DNA of 64,000 bases from Pachysolen tannophilus NRRL Y-2460 (taxonomy: Eukaryota). The notes below the pieces were generated by a model. That model ran no database searches. It was not told the origin of the DNA and saw only the letters and a list, made by a program, of their open reading frames with translations. This document shows positions 11,448 to 22,022 of the stretch, piece after piece. The translations under genes and the position numbers were made by a program. Numbering within the stretch: position 1 is the stretch's first letter; each line of letters starts with the position of its first letter. Where the stretch lies: contig KV454018.1 of assembly GCA_001661245.1 (NCBI GenBank), forward strand, positions 805,996-869,995. Reading direction: 5' to 3'.

Positions 11448-12881
11448 ATGTTGATGTATACTAGTGAAATTGAAGGTTTAATACCTCGTATTAGAGGAAT
11501 AAGTTTAAAGTTGAAGAAATTGAAAATATATAAATGTTATAGCAGTATTAGTTATCAAAAGATTAGTACACTGCAGTTGGTTGAGAATATCGAGACTTTA
11601 GCTCCTCAAATTGATAATAATTCTCAACATTTCCATCAAAATGAAATATTATTATCATATGTGAATCAATATAAAGCACATCCTGTTACTTTGAAGCAGC
11701 TAGCTGGTTTTGGTAAGAAATTGAGTGAAAGTAAAATTATTAGTTCTGCTAATTTTGTTAGGTCTGAAATTCCAATAAGGTTAGGTTTAAAATTACAAGA
11801 ATTTCAATTATTACCATTTGAAGTTATTAATAATTATCATATTTCACAAATTTATGATTCTTATTATAAATCTTTTAATCTTTTCAGGAAATATCCCAAG
11901 ATTGAAACTTTACAAGAGAATGATAAATTTGTTGAATTTTTAAAAGAACTTTTAGATGATCATTTACTGATTTTACCTCATCTTGTTATGGGTGCTTTAG
12001 AAATTAGTATATCAAAAAGTTTAAAACAAGAAAAATTGGATGAATTCATGTCTACTGTATTAAGGTCTAGAATAAGTAGAAGAGTTATTGTTGAGGAACA
12101 TATTTCATTAACACATAGTTTTCTTAAAAACCCAAATGCTACAAAATCAAATGATTATATTGGTGATGTTTTCCATCAATGTTCTGCAATGGAAACTTTA
12201 CAAAAATCTGCAAATGCAACTAGAAATTATTTACAAACTTTATATCCTGATTTACAAATGCCAGAATTAATTATAAAATCTAAGAATGAAAATGGAGCAG
12301 ATTTTAAATTCCCATTTATGTTAAGCCATTTACATTATATCTTTGGTGAAATTTTTAGAAATTCTTTTAAATCAACAATTGAATTTCACCTTAAAAAAAA
12401 TTCCAACAATAATGATGGAAAAATTATTCCACCTCCTCCAATTGTTGTTACAATGATGCAAAATAAAGACAAAATAGTATTCAGATTTAGTGATAAAGGT
12501 GGAGGAACTGATAGTACTCGTCTTTCTAAAATTTGGTCTTTTGGTAAAGATCCAATATTAGCAAGCGAATCTTTACTGAATTATCATGATTTAATTCAAA
12601 AATCAAAATTACTTGAAATTAATCATGAAAATGGTTTAGCACAGGTGCTAACACCAACTCCTTTAGAAAATAATAACTATACAAAATCAACACTTAGCGA
12701 TTTGATAAAGAGACCTTTCAGAAGTAGATTAGGTATAAGTTTACCCATTTGTAAAGTCTACGTCGATTACTGGAACGGTGATCTCAAAATGTACTCCTTA
12801 CGTGGCTCAGGAACTGATACTTATCTATCCTTAAGAAAACTAGACTCAGATCAATCAGTCCTCCAGTTGGATAGAGCATAA
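11448..12881 (+). CDS. PKP2: Mitochondrial pyruvate dehydrogenase kinase family protein
   Basis: BCDHK N-domain (LRSRISRRVIVEEH) and ATPase boxes EIFRN, RFSDKGGG, LGISLPICKVYVDYWNGDL; synteny with RAD6. Confidence 0.85.
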   Translation: MLMYTSEIEGLIPRIRGISLKLKKLKIYKCYSSISYQKISTLQLVENIETLAPQIDNNSQHFHQNEILLSYVNQYKAHPVTLKQLAGFGKKLSESKIISSANFVRSEIPIRLGLKLQEFQLLPFEVINNYHISQIYDSYYKSFNLFRKYPKIETLQENDKFVEFLKELLDDHLLILPHLVMGALEISISKSLKQEKLDEFMSTVLRSRISRRVIVEEHISLTHSFLKNPNATKSNDYIGDVFHQCSAMETLQKSANATRNYLQTLYPDLQMPELIIKSKNENGADFKFPFMLSHLHYIFGEIFRNSFKSTIEFHLKKNSNNNDGKIIPPPPIVVTMMQNKDKIVFRFSDKGGGTDSTRLSKIWSFGKDPILASESLLNYHDLIQKSKLLEINHENGLAQVLTPTPLENNNYTKSTLSDLIKRPFRSRLGISLPICKVYVDYWNGDLKMYSLRGSGTDTYLSLRKLDSDQSVLQLDRA

Positions 12882-13157
12882 ATATAAGTACATTCAATGG
12901 TATATCTTTGAACACTTTTTTTGGCTGTTTTTTGGCGTTTTTGAAAATGTTTTGATACAAAAAAATGCTGCGAAATTTTGGTCGCTGTTTTCTTCAAGTG
13001 AAAAAATTGGTAAATTAAACCAATGAAAACACTAAATTTATATACATTCATTTATATTATATATTATATACTATATTTAATAAGAATATATTTATTAATC
13101 CATTAATCGATCCATCCATTTTGGTTTGGTAATTGAAGAATCAATAGAGGATTCTTT

Positions 13158-15433
13158 ATGTCTGATCAAAAGAGTATGTATAAACTTATAATGATTTGGT
13201 TTGGTTTGATTTATTTTTTTATTTTTTTTTTTTTGTATTTAAACGTTTAGTCAAATAGTATGGTAAGGTACTAACAAAAATTGTTCAATTGGAAGATATA
13301 TCAGTAGTGTCTTTATTGACGTCTAATAACTCGAATTTGACATCAAATAATGGTCAGTCGGTCGAGGGAAATTCACAAAACCCACGTTGGAATTCGGGTA
13401 ATAATAATAGTAATGGAAATGGAAATGGAAATGGTAGTATGAGCCCAGCAACTGTTAATACTACACCATCATCAACTTATCACGGGAATTTTTATAATCC
13501 GATAAATGATACGGTGACTCCGTCACCAGCACCTATGCCTGTTTCTTTACCTCTGCCTGTCTTGGGGAGTACTGCTAATAATATTGGTGAAAGTGTTTCT
13601 GGGAGAAAACAAACAGTGGTTAAAAATAAAAATAACGAAATAGTTGTATTAGATGATGATACATCTGTCAATAGTGAAGATGATTTGATTATAGTGAGTG
13701 AAAGTGGTACTCCTAATGGTGGTAAGAGGACAATCCTGGTGCCGCTGAAGTTGAAACAAGGTACTCAATTAGATTCAACTAGTAAAAATATTGGAATTGG
13801 AAGTGAAAGCTCAGATCGAGCTATAGGAGCAAAATCTACAAGAGTTTCATTAACTTCTTTAATGAATAGTGATGAAGATGCTATAAAACATACTAATAAC
13901 AAGCCAAAAACAACTCTGACAAAAAATTCAACAACAACAAAAACTACTACAAGTACTGGTAGTACTAGTGCAGCATTAAAAAAATCTTCAACTTCAAAAG
14001 ATACAAAGGAAAAAGATCAAAAGACAACTAGAAGACCTAGAAAAAGGAAAGAAGTACAATCACAGGATCAAAACTTGAATAATACAATTATAATTGATGG
14101 TAAACCAGTGGTGGTAGGTGGTAATACCAAATCAGCACCAAATAAAATAAATGATGAAAGTATACTGCCACCACCAAAGAAGAAAACTAAAATTGATACT
14201 AAACCAAAATCAACCACTCCATTAATAAAGAAAGACCTGAAAAATATAAAAGACTCAAAGGACTCAAAGGACTCAAAAGAATTAAAAGAAAATATCACAA
14301 CATCATCGTCAACAACAGGTTCAGTACATACAACTATACCAACGCCAGTTGCACCATCTTTAACTGCATCGAAAAAAGATTATAATCTGAGTTCTAAAAA
14401 CAATACCCAACAACTGCATCCAAAGACATCTTCAGTAACCTCCTCAAAAGTCAAGAAAAATGATAGCCCTTTAAATATTCCATCAAAAGCAATTAAAAGA
14501 GGTCCTAAACCGAAAAATTCAAAACCAATAGTGGCACCTCCATTACCTCCCCCAACTCCTGAGGCCCCAGTATCAAAACCAATAATCACTCTTCCTCCTC
14601 CAAAATTATCGGATATATCTAAGTCGCCATCAAAAAAGATGAACACAGAGGAAGATTTTGAGAAAGATGAAGAAGTAGATCCATTAGATCCATTAGCTTC
14701 CAAAAAGAAAAAATCTTTAGAGCAAAAAGTTGAAGAACCTATTGTTTCCTTGAATATTCCATTAACATCTCTGGATCAACCTCCTGGTTCAGCTCAACTA
14801 GTTTTCAATGTCATGAAACTATGTGAAGATAAATACGGATGGAAAGCAATGCATCCAAACGCAAAATATGCTATGGACGATCTAAACGAAGAAGAAGAAG
14901 ATGATGATATTGAAGAGGTTGAGAATGATGATCTGGCACCAATATACGATAACAAGGAAAAGGAAAAAGAAAACGAGAAGGAAAACGAAAAAGTAAAACC
15001 TAAAAGGAAGGAGTTATCATTTGAGGCAAGAATGAACAGAAAAATTGGAAAGTACGATTACGAAGACCCTTTCATAGATGACGCTGAATTGCTTTGGGAT
15101 AAGCAAAATGTTTCCACGAAAGACGGGTTTTTTGTTTATTATGGACCATTGATTGAAGAGGGACAGAATGCAAGAATTGAAAAACTTGATAATAATAAAA
15201 GAAGTAATAATCATCAACTGAATCATAGCCATAGTTCAAGTAATAAACCGAACAGTGGTTCTTCAGTTTCAGTACAAAGAAAGAAACCGACTTCTTCCGT
15301 AAATAATAATGGTAATAATAGTAATAATAGTGGTAACAACAGACCCAAACTATTACCTTTACAACCAAAATCTAGAACTACAACACCTATTTCAAATGGT
15401 CACCAGTCGGTTAGCTCTACCCCAAAAGCTTGA
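13158..15433 (+). CDS. HPC2: HIR complex subunit Hpc2; exon 1 13158-13173, intron from 13174 to about 13295, exon 2 to 15433
   Basis: C-terminal HUN/HRD domain IGKYDYEDPFIDDAEL...DGFFVYYGPL; ATG TCT GAT CAA AAG A|GTATGT, branch TACTAAC at 13269, in-frame acceptors at 13295/13304/13307. Confidence 0.88.
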
Positions 15434-15674
15434 AATTTTTAATGCTGATTTCATGATTAAATTTTTATCGTTGTTATTATTTGTTTTCACGAATAAATAA
15501 TAGTGTTGATGAAGAAAAGAAGAGATAAAAAATACACTCATTATGAATTCTATTAATAAAAAATCAAAAGAATATAGAATTAAGTTTACATGTAGATAAC
15601 TATATTATTAATTAGTATATGATTAAAACTGAAAACAAAGGGGAAAAGAAAAAAAAAAAAAAAAAAAAAATAAC

Positions 15675-17768
15675 TTATTTCTTTTTTAATGTTTCAAGAG
15701 CAACTGGTATAAATTCTAGCTGATAGTTGGGTTTATCTTTATGATCAGCGCTCTTTTCGTATTTGGAATAATTTTCTTCTACTTTTGTGATGATCTTGTC
15801 TATTTGGTCCTGGTTTTTAATTTTAGATTTAATCACAATCAATAAATTTAAATAAGAAAGTAATATAGGAACCTGATCTTGATCAATTTTTTCATCTTTA
15901 GTAAAAGTCAAATCAATAGATTTGTCTGTTAAATTCAAAATATCAGAAGATCTTTCAGGAGTTAGTTTGATGTAAGTAGGTAATTCCCTAGACGGTAAAG
16001 ATGGAGGTTTTGAAGGCATCTCTTTATCTTCTTTGCCATTGATTTGTAGACTATTGATAGCGTTCTCCAAGCTTTTATTAGCGCTAGACGGAGGTGAGTC
16101 AAAAATTTTCTGTCTTATTAACAAATCTTTCAAAATTCCAATCAATGCTGCCTTCGCATTGTCATATGGGCATACCTCTAGTGAGTCTTTAATAAAATCA
16201 TAACTTATATCTTCTTTAGATAATGCCAAAATTTTCGTGACCAATGTATATATTATCATCCTAACAGCCGGATTATCACTCGCAGTGAGCCTTGAAATCA
16301 ACAATTGAAGATACAAGTTAGTATAAATTTTATCAACTTGAGCTATTGAAGAACTTGTTAAAGTCCTATCAAAATGCTTTTCATAGTGGATTGAATACCA
16401 TGACCAGAAAAATAAAGCATCTGAAGTGCTTTTGAAGTTTAGAGACGAATCTATGATAGCCGGAATAGATTTTCTTAAGAAAAATTTAATCATATCATGA
16501 GGCCTTATATTCAAAATTCTACTTTCATAACTTTTATCCAATGTAACTTGCAGTGTTAACAAAAGCATTATACCTTCTTTTGAAAGCGTAATAGATGCCT
16601 TTTTAGCCTTTTGAGATTTATTAAAATCACTAATGACTAGTGAATATATTTCTTCACTTAGAGGGTCTAATTCCTTCTTTTCATCTATTACAACATTATC
16701 ATTAAATAATGCTGCTGATTCACGTATATCTTCAAAAAATAATTCTTCCAAATTCAAATCTAAGGACCAAGCTAATTGTGCACATCTTAACATCAAGCCT
16801 TCATAATTATCATCAGCGCTAATGTCAAAGTGAGAGAAATTTAAATACAGTTCTGGTATTCTAAATTTTGAATTTGGTTTATGTAATTTTTGTGAATAAA
16901 AATTATAAGTCCAATTCATTGCAAATTTTGATATTAAAATTGGAATACCATTTGTCAAGAAACTAGTCAACAACACTCTTTGTAAGTATTCCTCATCTTC
17001 TTTGATTTTTATCAATTGTTCCTGGGACAATTCAGATGTGTTAGAAGAAGGAGATTTTGGAGGTGAATAATCCCTTATAAATGTATAAAATCTTCTGAAT
17101 ACAAACAAATTTGTAGCCGAAGATACAAAAGGTTGATTAACTATTAAAAAATTTGTAAAAGAAACAATTGCACTTGATAAGAATCTTGAAGGGTAATTCG
17201 TAGTAATTTTCTTTAAGGAAGAATTCAATAATTCAATTAATGCATGGAACAGTATCTTGAAAAAATACTCTTGGTCCTCATTGATAAAACCTTTCTCATC
17301 AGGTTGCAAAGTTAACTTGGAAATGAGTTCACAACTCTTCAAGAGCAATTCTTTTGAATTACCATATTCCGATAACAATTTGAAAATCTGAATGATTATT
17401 ACAATAGATTCATTTCCTTGTAACCTAATAGTCCGTTGTAAATTTCCAAATAAAAACTTTATCAACAAATCTGGTAAATCCCAACCAATCTCATATATTA
17501 TATCATGATTTTCTTCTAAAATCTTTTCAAGAGCATTCAAAATCATAAGCTTCTCTTCTTGATCAAATCTTGAAATATCTGTTAAATAAACATCTATCAA
17601 TGTCGCATAGGATAAATAATCTTTGGTCTCTTTTAATTCAACCAACGACAGGTTTAAATTCTCAACAATTGTAACAGCAGAAATACCATCTTGGCTAACC
17701 TCTGCCTCTGATCCGGCTTCCTCTATCTTGGAATTCGTCTCTAACATTATATCCTTTGTATCAGACAT
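15675..17768 (-). CDS. YBP1: Yap1-binding protein (Ybp1/Ybp2, glomulin-like)
   Basis: IYEIGWDLP, YGNSKELLLK, ITTNYPSRFL and CPYDNAKAALIGILK motifs; lies between HPC2 and ATG12 as in S. cerevisiae. Confidence 0.85.
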   Translation of the reverse strand: MSDTKDIMLETNSKIEEAGSEAEVSQDGISAVTIVENLNLSLVELKETKDYLSYATLIDVYLTDISRFDQEEKLMILNALEKILEENHDIIYEIGWDLPDLLIKFLFGNLQRTIRLQGNESIVIIIQIFKLLSEYGNSKELLLKSCELISKLTLQPDEKGFINEDQEYFFKILFHALIELLNSSLKKITTNYPSRFLSSAIVSFTNFLIVNQPFVSSATNLFVFRRFYTFIRDYSPPKSPSSNTSELSQEQLIKIKEDEEYLQRVLLTSFLTNGIPILISKFAMNWTYNFYSQKLHKPNSKFRIPELYLNFSHFDISADDNYEGLMLRCAQLAWSLDLNLEELFFEDIRESAALFNDNVVIDEKKELDPLSEEIYSLVISDFNKSQKAKKASITLSKEGIMLLLTLQVTLDKSYESRILNIRPHDMIKFFLRKSIPAIIDSSLNFKSTSDALFFWSWYSIHYEKHFDRTLTSSSIAQVDKIYTNLYLQLLISRLTASDNPAVRMIIYTLVTKILALSKEDISYDFIKDSLEVCPYDNAKAALIGILKDLLIRQKIFDSPPSSANKSLENAINSLQINGKEDKEMPSKPPSLPSRELPTYIKLTPERSSDILNLTDKSIDLTFTKDEKIDQDQVPILLSYLNLLIVIKSKIKNQDQIDKIITKVEENYSKYEKSADHKDKPNYQLEFIPVALETLKKK

Positions 17769-17917
17769 GTTTTTATTAAAAATATCAAATAATTGGTTAA
17801 AAATACCAATTTTTTGTATATTTCAATTTTTTAAATATTTTAAAAATATTTTCAATTTATAAATTTAACCATCAATTAATTGTATCAATAAATTACAACA
17901 ACAAGATAAAAACAAGA

Positions 17918-18753
17918 ATGGATCCACCTCTTTCAGATGATGATGACGATAATGAGTCTTCTTCTTCCTATTCGGAATATAGTTCATTGAACAACTCAGC
18001 TAATGTGCTGAACTTGAAACTTCAAGGAGAGGAAAGGCAACCGGAAGATGAAGGGAAGCGCGATGAGGCAAATGTGGAGGGAAACAAAGCTGATGAAGGA
18101 CACATTGTAAAGACAAAACCAAGGGAAAATATAGATGAAGGAGAAGAAGAAGTACAAGAACCGAAACTTGAAGCTGAAGCTGAAGAAGAAACAGATTCCA
18201 AACACATGTCTCCTAAACTTACATTGAACGATAATAGTAGTAAAGAGCTGGATTTAAATAGTGAACGAGATGATATAAAGTTTAAAGTCCCGCTATCCAC
18301 ATCTATTATGTTAACGAGATTAGATGCTAATACCAATGATATTGTTGAAAGAATTGCAAAACCAAGAACAGATAAAGTCACAATAAGATTCCAACCAATA
18401 GGTTCTCTGCCTCAGATGAAACCAAAAATTTTTAAGATATCAGCTTCACAACATTTCCAAACATTAATAAAGTTTTTAGATAAGAAACTAACAAAGAAAA
18501 TCACCGATGTTAATGCCAAATCAATAAATCCTTTCACTGGTGGAAGGATTTTCTGTTATATCCATAATTCGTTCAGTCCTGGGCCTGACGAGATTATTGG
18601 AAATTTATTCGATGTAAGTTATATATTTTTCTTTTATGAAAGTTATTAGGCTCTCCATATTTGTTCATACTAACAAACCTGATTCTATTATAGAATTTTG
18701 CTTCAAATAACGAATTAGTCGTTTCCTATTGTGATACAGTAGCTTTTAGATAA
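17918..18753 (+). CDS. ATG12: Ubiquitin-like autophagy protein Atg12; exons 17918-18613 and 18694-18753; ends in Arg instead of Gly
   Basis: KVTIRFQPIGS, IFCYIHNSFSPGPDEIIGNLF; intron GTAAGT...TACTAAC...TAG at 18614-18693; exon 2 reads NFASNNELVVSYCDTVAFR*. Confidence 0.92.
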
Positions 18754-19186
18754 AAAGTTTATATCAAATTCAATTCCTTACTTATACAAAACGTAGAGTT
18801 TTTCTTAACAACTATACAACATCTATATATCTATCAATCACTATAGATATTTTTTTTTTTTTTTTTTTTATTTTTTAATTTGGAAATTGGATTATTGGAT
18901 TATTTGATTAATGTTATCTTTCTTTTTTTTCTTTTTCTTTTTTTTATTTATATATATATATATATATATCTTTTCTTTTTGTCTACAATATAATTGAAAT
19001 ATTAAAAAAGAAAGGAAATAACTAAACTCCAAAGACAAGGCAAATAAACCATATGACAATTATATATTGTTTGGTTTTCAATAAGATCCTTTCCATAACA
19101 ACACCTCAAAGAAAAAAGAAAAGAAAAAAAAAAATTAATTGTAAGAACAGTAAATAAAAATATAAATAAAATGTAATTTGTTCAAA

Positions 19187-20374
19187 TCATTTATCATCTG
19201 AACTGGAGTTCCAAAACCAACCAGTACCTGATGCATCATCAGTCGACGAGGATGATTGAATGCCATTGGTTATTACTGTTGATGGTTCAGAGACCAAGTT
19301 CGAAGCAGTGGTTGATGGTTCCGAAGGTGATGGGAAATTATGAACAGTTTTTTCAATTAAAGGTTCTTCACCTTTATTACCAAAAGTTTTCTTTATTTCT
19401 GTTGTAGTGGAAGATCCATCTTTGAAAACTTTTGTATATCTTGAGAATTCTTCTTTTTTACCATTATCATTCACATAAGAATGAAATTTTGAATTAACTT
19501 CTACAACCTTACCACTACCAAAAGTGTTATCATTATCATTATCATTAAACTTTTCAAGTGTGGAACCTGTGGAACCTGCGGAACCTAAGGATCCGTCATT
19601 TTCTGGATCATGATGTCTATGACGGAATCTTGATTTCATTTCTCTTTTCATTTCTTTACAATGGTTTTTCAATTGTTTATATTTTTCTTCTCTTTCTTCT
19701 CTTTGTAATCTTCTCATATGTGCTTTCCAATCGAGGTATTTATTAAAATCTTGGAAAAATAAACCTTTTTCATTATTTTTATCTTCCAATACATCTTCTT
19801 TTGTAAGAGTTGAATTTAATTTTTCTGGAGGAATTATTGCTCTTGGGAAAAGACATCTCCAATATCCATTTTCATTCCAAACTGAAAGACCATCTTTTTT
19901 CTTACAAGCTTCATAAGTTTCTGCAGAAGGAGATGGATAAGCCCAATAACCAGTACTTTGATCACCCAATGGTTGATAATTTAAACTAAATGGGTTTGAA
20001 AAAAATTTGATTCTAATACCATTGAAAAAATCATCAAAATTAGATTCATCAGAACTGAAAAAAGATGATGGTTTTTCTCCAAAAAATTGATCATTATCTT
20101 TGAAAAAATCAAAATTTGTTTTTAAATCATTCCAAATTGAAGATGAACCTAAATCGGAAAAAGTATTAAATACATCTCTAAATGAATCAGAAAGAGCAGC
20201 TATATGTGATTCCATATCACGATGAGATTTGGCAATTGAATCTGTAAGACTTAATTCCCTACTACCATTATCATCATTATCACAATTTGACTTGACAACA
20301 ACGTCTTTAACCGATGATTCAGAATCACAAGATTTATCAGAACCTGTTGTATCAGAACCTGTAAATAACCCCAT
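19187..20374 (-). CDS. MPM1: Mitochondrial peculiar membrane protein 1 family
   Basis: YPSPS...Y..C....GLSVW...GYWRCLFP and LFF.DF..YLDWK motifs; first ATG at 20374. Confidence 0.8.
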   Translation of the reverse strand: MGLFTGSDTTGSDKSCDSESSVKDVVVKSNCDNDDNGSRELSLTDSIAKSHRDMESHIAALSDSFRDVFNTFSDLGSSSIWNDLKTNFDFFKDNDQFFGEKPSSFFSSDESNFDDFFNGIRIKFFSNPFSLNYQPLGDQSTGYWAYPSPSAETYEACKKKDGLSVWNENGYWRCLFPRAIIPPEKLNSTLTKEDVLEDKNNEKGLFFQDFNKYLDWKAHMRRLQREEREEKYKQLKNHCKEMKREMKSRFRHRHHDPENDGSLGSAGSTGSTLEKFNDNDNDNTFGSGKVVEVNSKFHSYVNDNGKKEEFSRYTKVFKDGSSTTTEIKKTFGNKGEEPLIEKTVHNFPSPSEPSTTASNLVSEPSTVITNGIQSSSSTDDASGTGWFWNSSSDDK

Positions 20375-20977
20375 TTTCAAAACCTTCAAATAATACTAAA
20401 TTTACCCTTGAGAAACTCACACTCACACACTCACACCTAGTAACAACAATTATACTCTTAAAAACAAAAATTTTAAATATAACTAATTCTAATTGTAATT
20501 ACAATAAAAAGGTCATTTCAATAAGTTTTTGCCATCATAAATTAAGAATTTATAATTTTTACTATGAGGGTTTTTTGGCCATTTAGCGCACGACCTGTGT
20601 TTTTGCTACTGTTAAGTATTAAAAGTATTAAAAACGTCATCAACAACTAGAATTTGATGGACTTTATGGGAGGAAGATCTTTTGAAAAATGAAATAAAAG
20701 AGGTGTGAGGGTAATGGGAGAGTACTCAGTGTGATTTTTGTGGTAATAAAATTGTATATTTGGGTATTTCTAAAGCTCTTTTTTTGTTTTTTGAAAAAAA
20801 ATTATTTTGGTGTTGCAAAGTTATGAAAAGAAGATATATATAAAAAATAGACAATGATATGATGGTAAGGTGAGGGCCAATTGGATAATCAAAGCTTCCT
20901 GAATCAGCTATATCTATATTTATTTGCCATTTATTTGCTTAAATTTTTTTTTTTTATTTTTATTATATTTTTTCAGT

Positions 20978-21476
20978 TCAAAATCCGAATGCGTCATCGT
21001 CATCATCATCTTCATTAAAATACCACCCAAAAGTTATAATTGTAGCATAAATTAAAAGACCTCCAATGGAACTCATTACAGTAGCTTCTAGACAAATCAA
21101 CTCTGCGTGATACAAGACCAAGGGTAATTCCAATCCACTGAGTACCAAGAAACCAGTTGAAAACATCAGAAATGTTCCTGGAGACCTAGAATCCGAATCA
21201 GACATAAAATCATCATAATGATTTTGAATAGATTTTGACAAAGAATTAGGTATAGGTGCAATCAAAAATATCACAACTGTAAAAATCGTTAGTAAAATTA
21301 ATTACAATAAATAAAAAATAAATGTATATTTGTATATGTATTTTTTCTTTTAAACACTTACCATCAAATAAAGGAGTCCAATTACTATACAACGCACACG
21401 AAAGTATAATCAATAAAAAACCTATTGCCAATACAATAGATAATCCAATTATCTTCGTGATGGGACTAACTTGCAT
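20978..21476 (-). CDS. VPS55: Vacuolar sorting protein Vps55 (OB-RGRP family); exons 21476-21362 and 21276-20978
   Basis: PITKIIGLS..LAIGFLLIILSCALY.NW.PL is joined in frame to IFLIAPIPN across a GTAAGT...TACTAAC...CAG intron; adjacent to SSC1 as in S. cerevisiae. Confidence 0.92.
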
Positions 21477-22022
21477 TATCTTATCTTATCTTATCTTATA
21501 ATCCTCATCTATACCTTTAATTATAATAATATACAATTAATTATATATATATATCTATCTTCTTCTCTATTTTATTTGATTATACAAAATTAGGGGGAAA
21601 ACTGAAAATGGGGCCGTATTCAATGAGCCCATCACATGAAACCCGAACATGTTTTAAAAATACCAAAAATTATATTTTAATTGAAATTTTTGCGTAATTC
21701 GAAAGAACAAACACACACTATATACAAAAATAAGGAAGAGATTAATAAAAATGAAATCCAGTAAAAAAAAAAAGAAAAAAAACCAAAATTAACATCAAGG
21801 GTAATATAGATATTATAAATATAAATATATATCTGTAAAAGAAGTTTGGATTAAAAAAAAAAAAAAAAAAATTAAGAAAAAAAGAAGAAAAGAGAACAAG
21901 AAGAAACAAAAATTAAAGAGGAAAGAAATTATTATTAAAATATAATCTCACAACTTTTCTCCGTCATTCAGATTCATCGGTAAACAGTTTTTAACATTCA
22001 TTTTTTTTAAAAAAAAAAATGT

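Noticed and set aside
20978..21476. Two overlapping small membrane ORFs
   Set aside because: They are the two exons of VPS55
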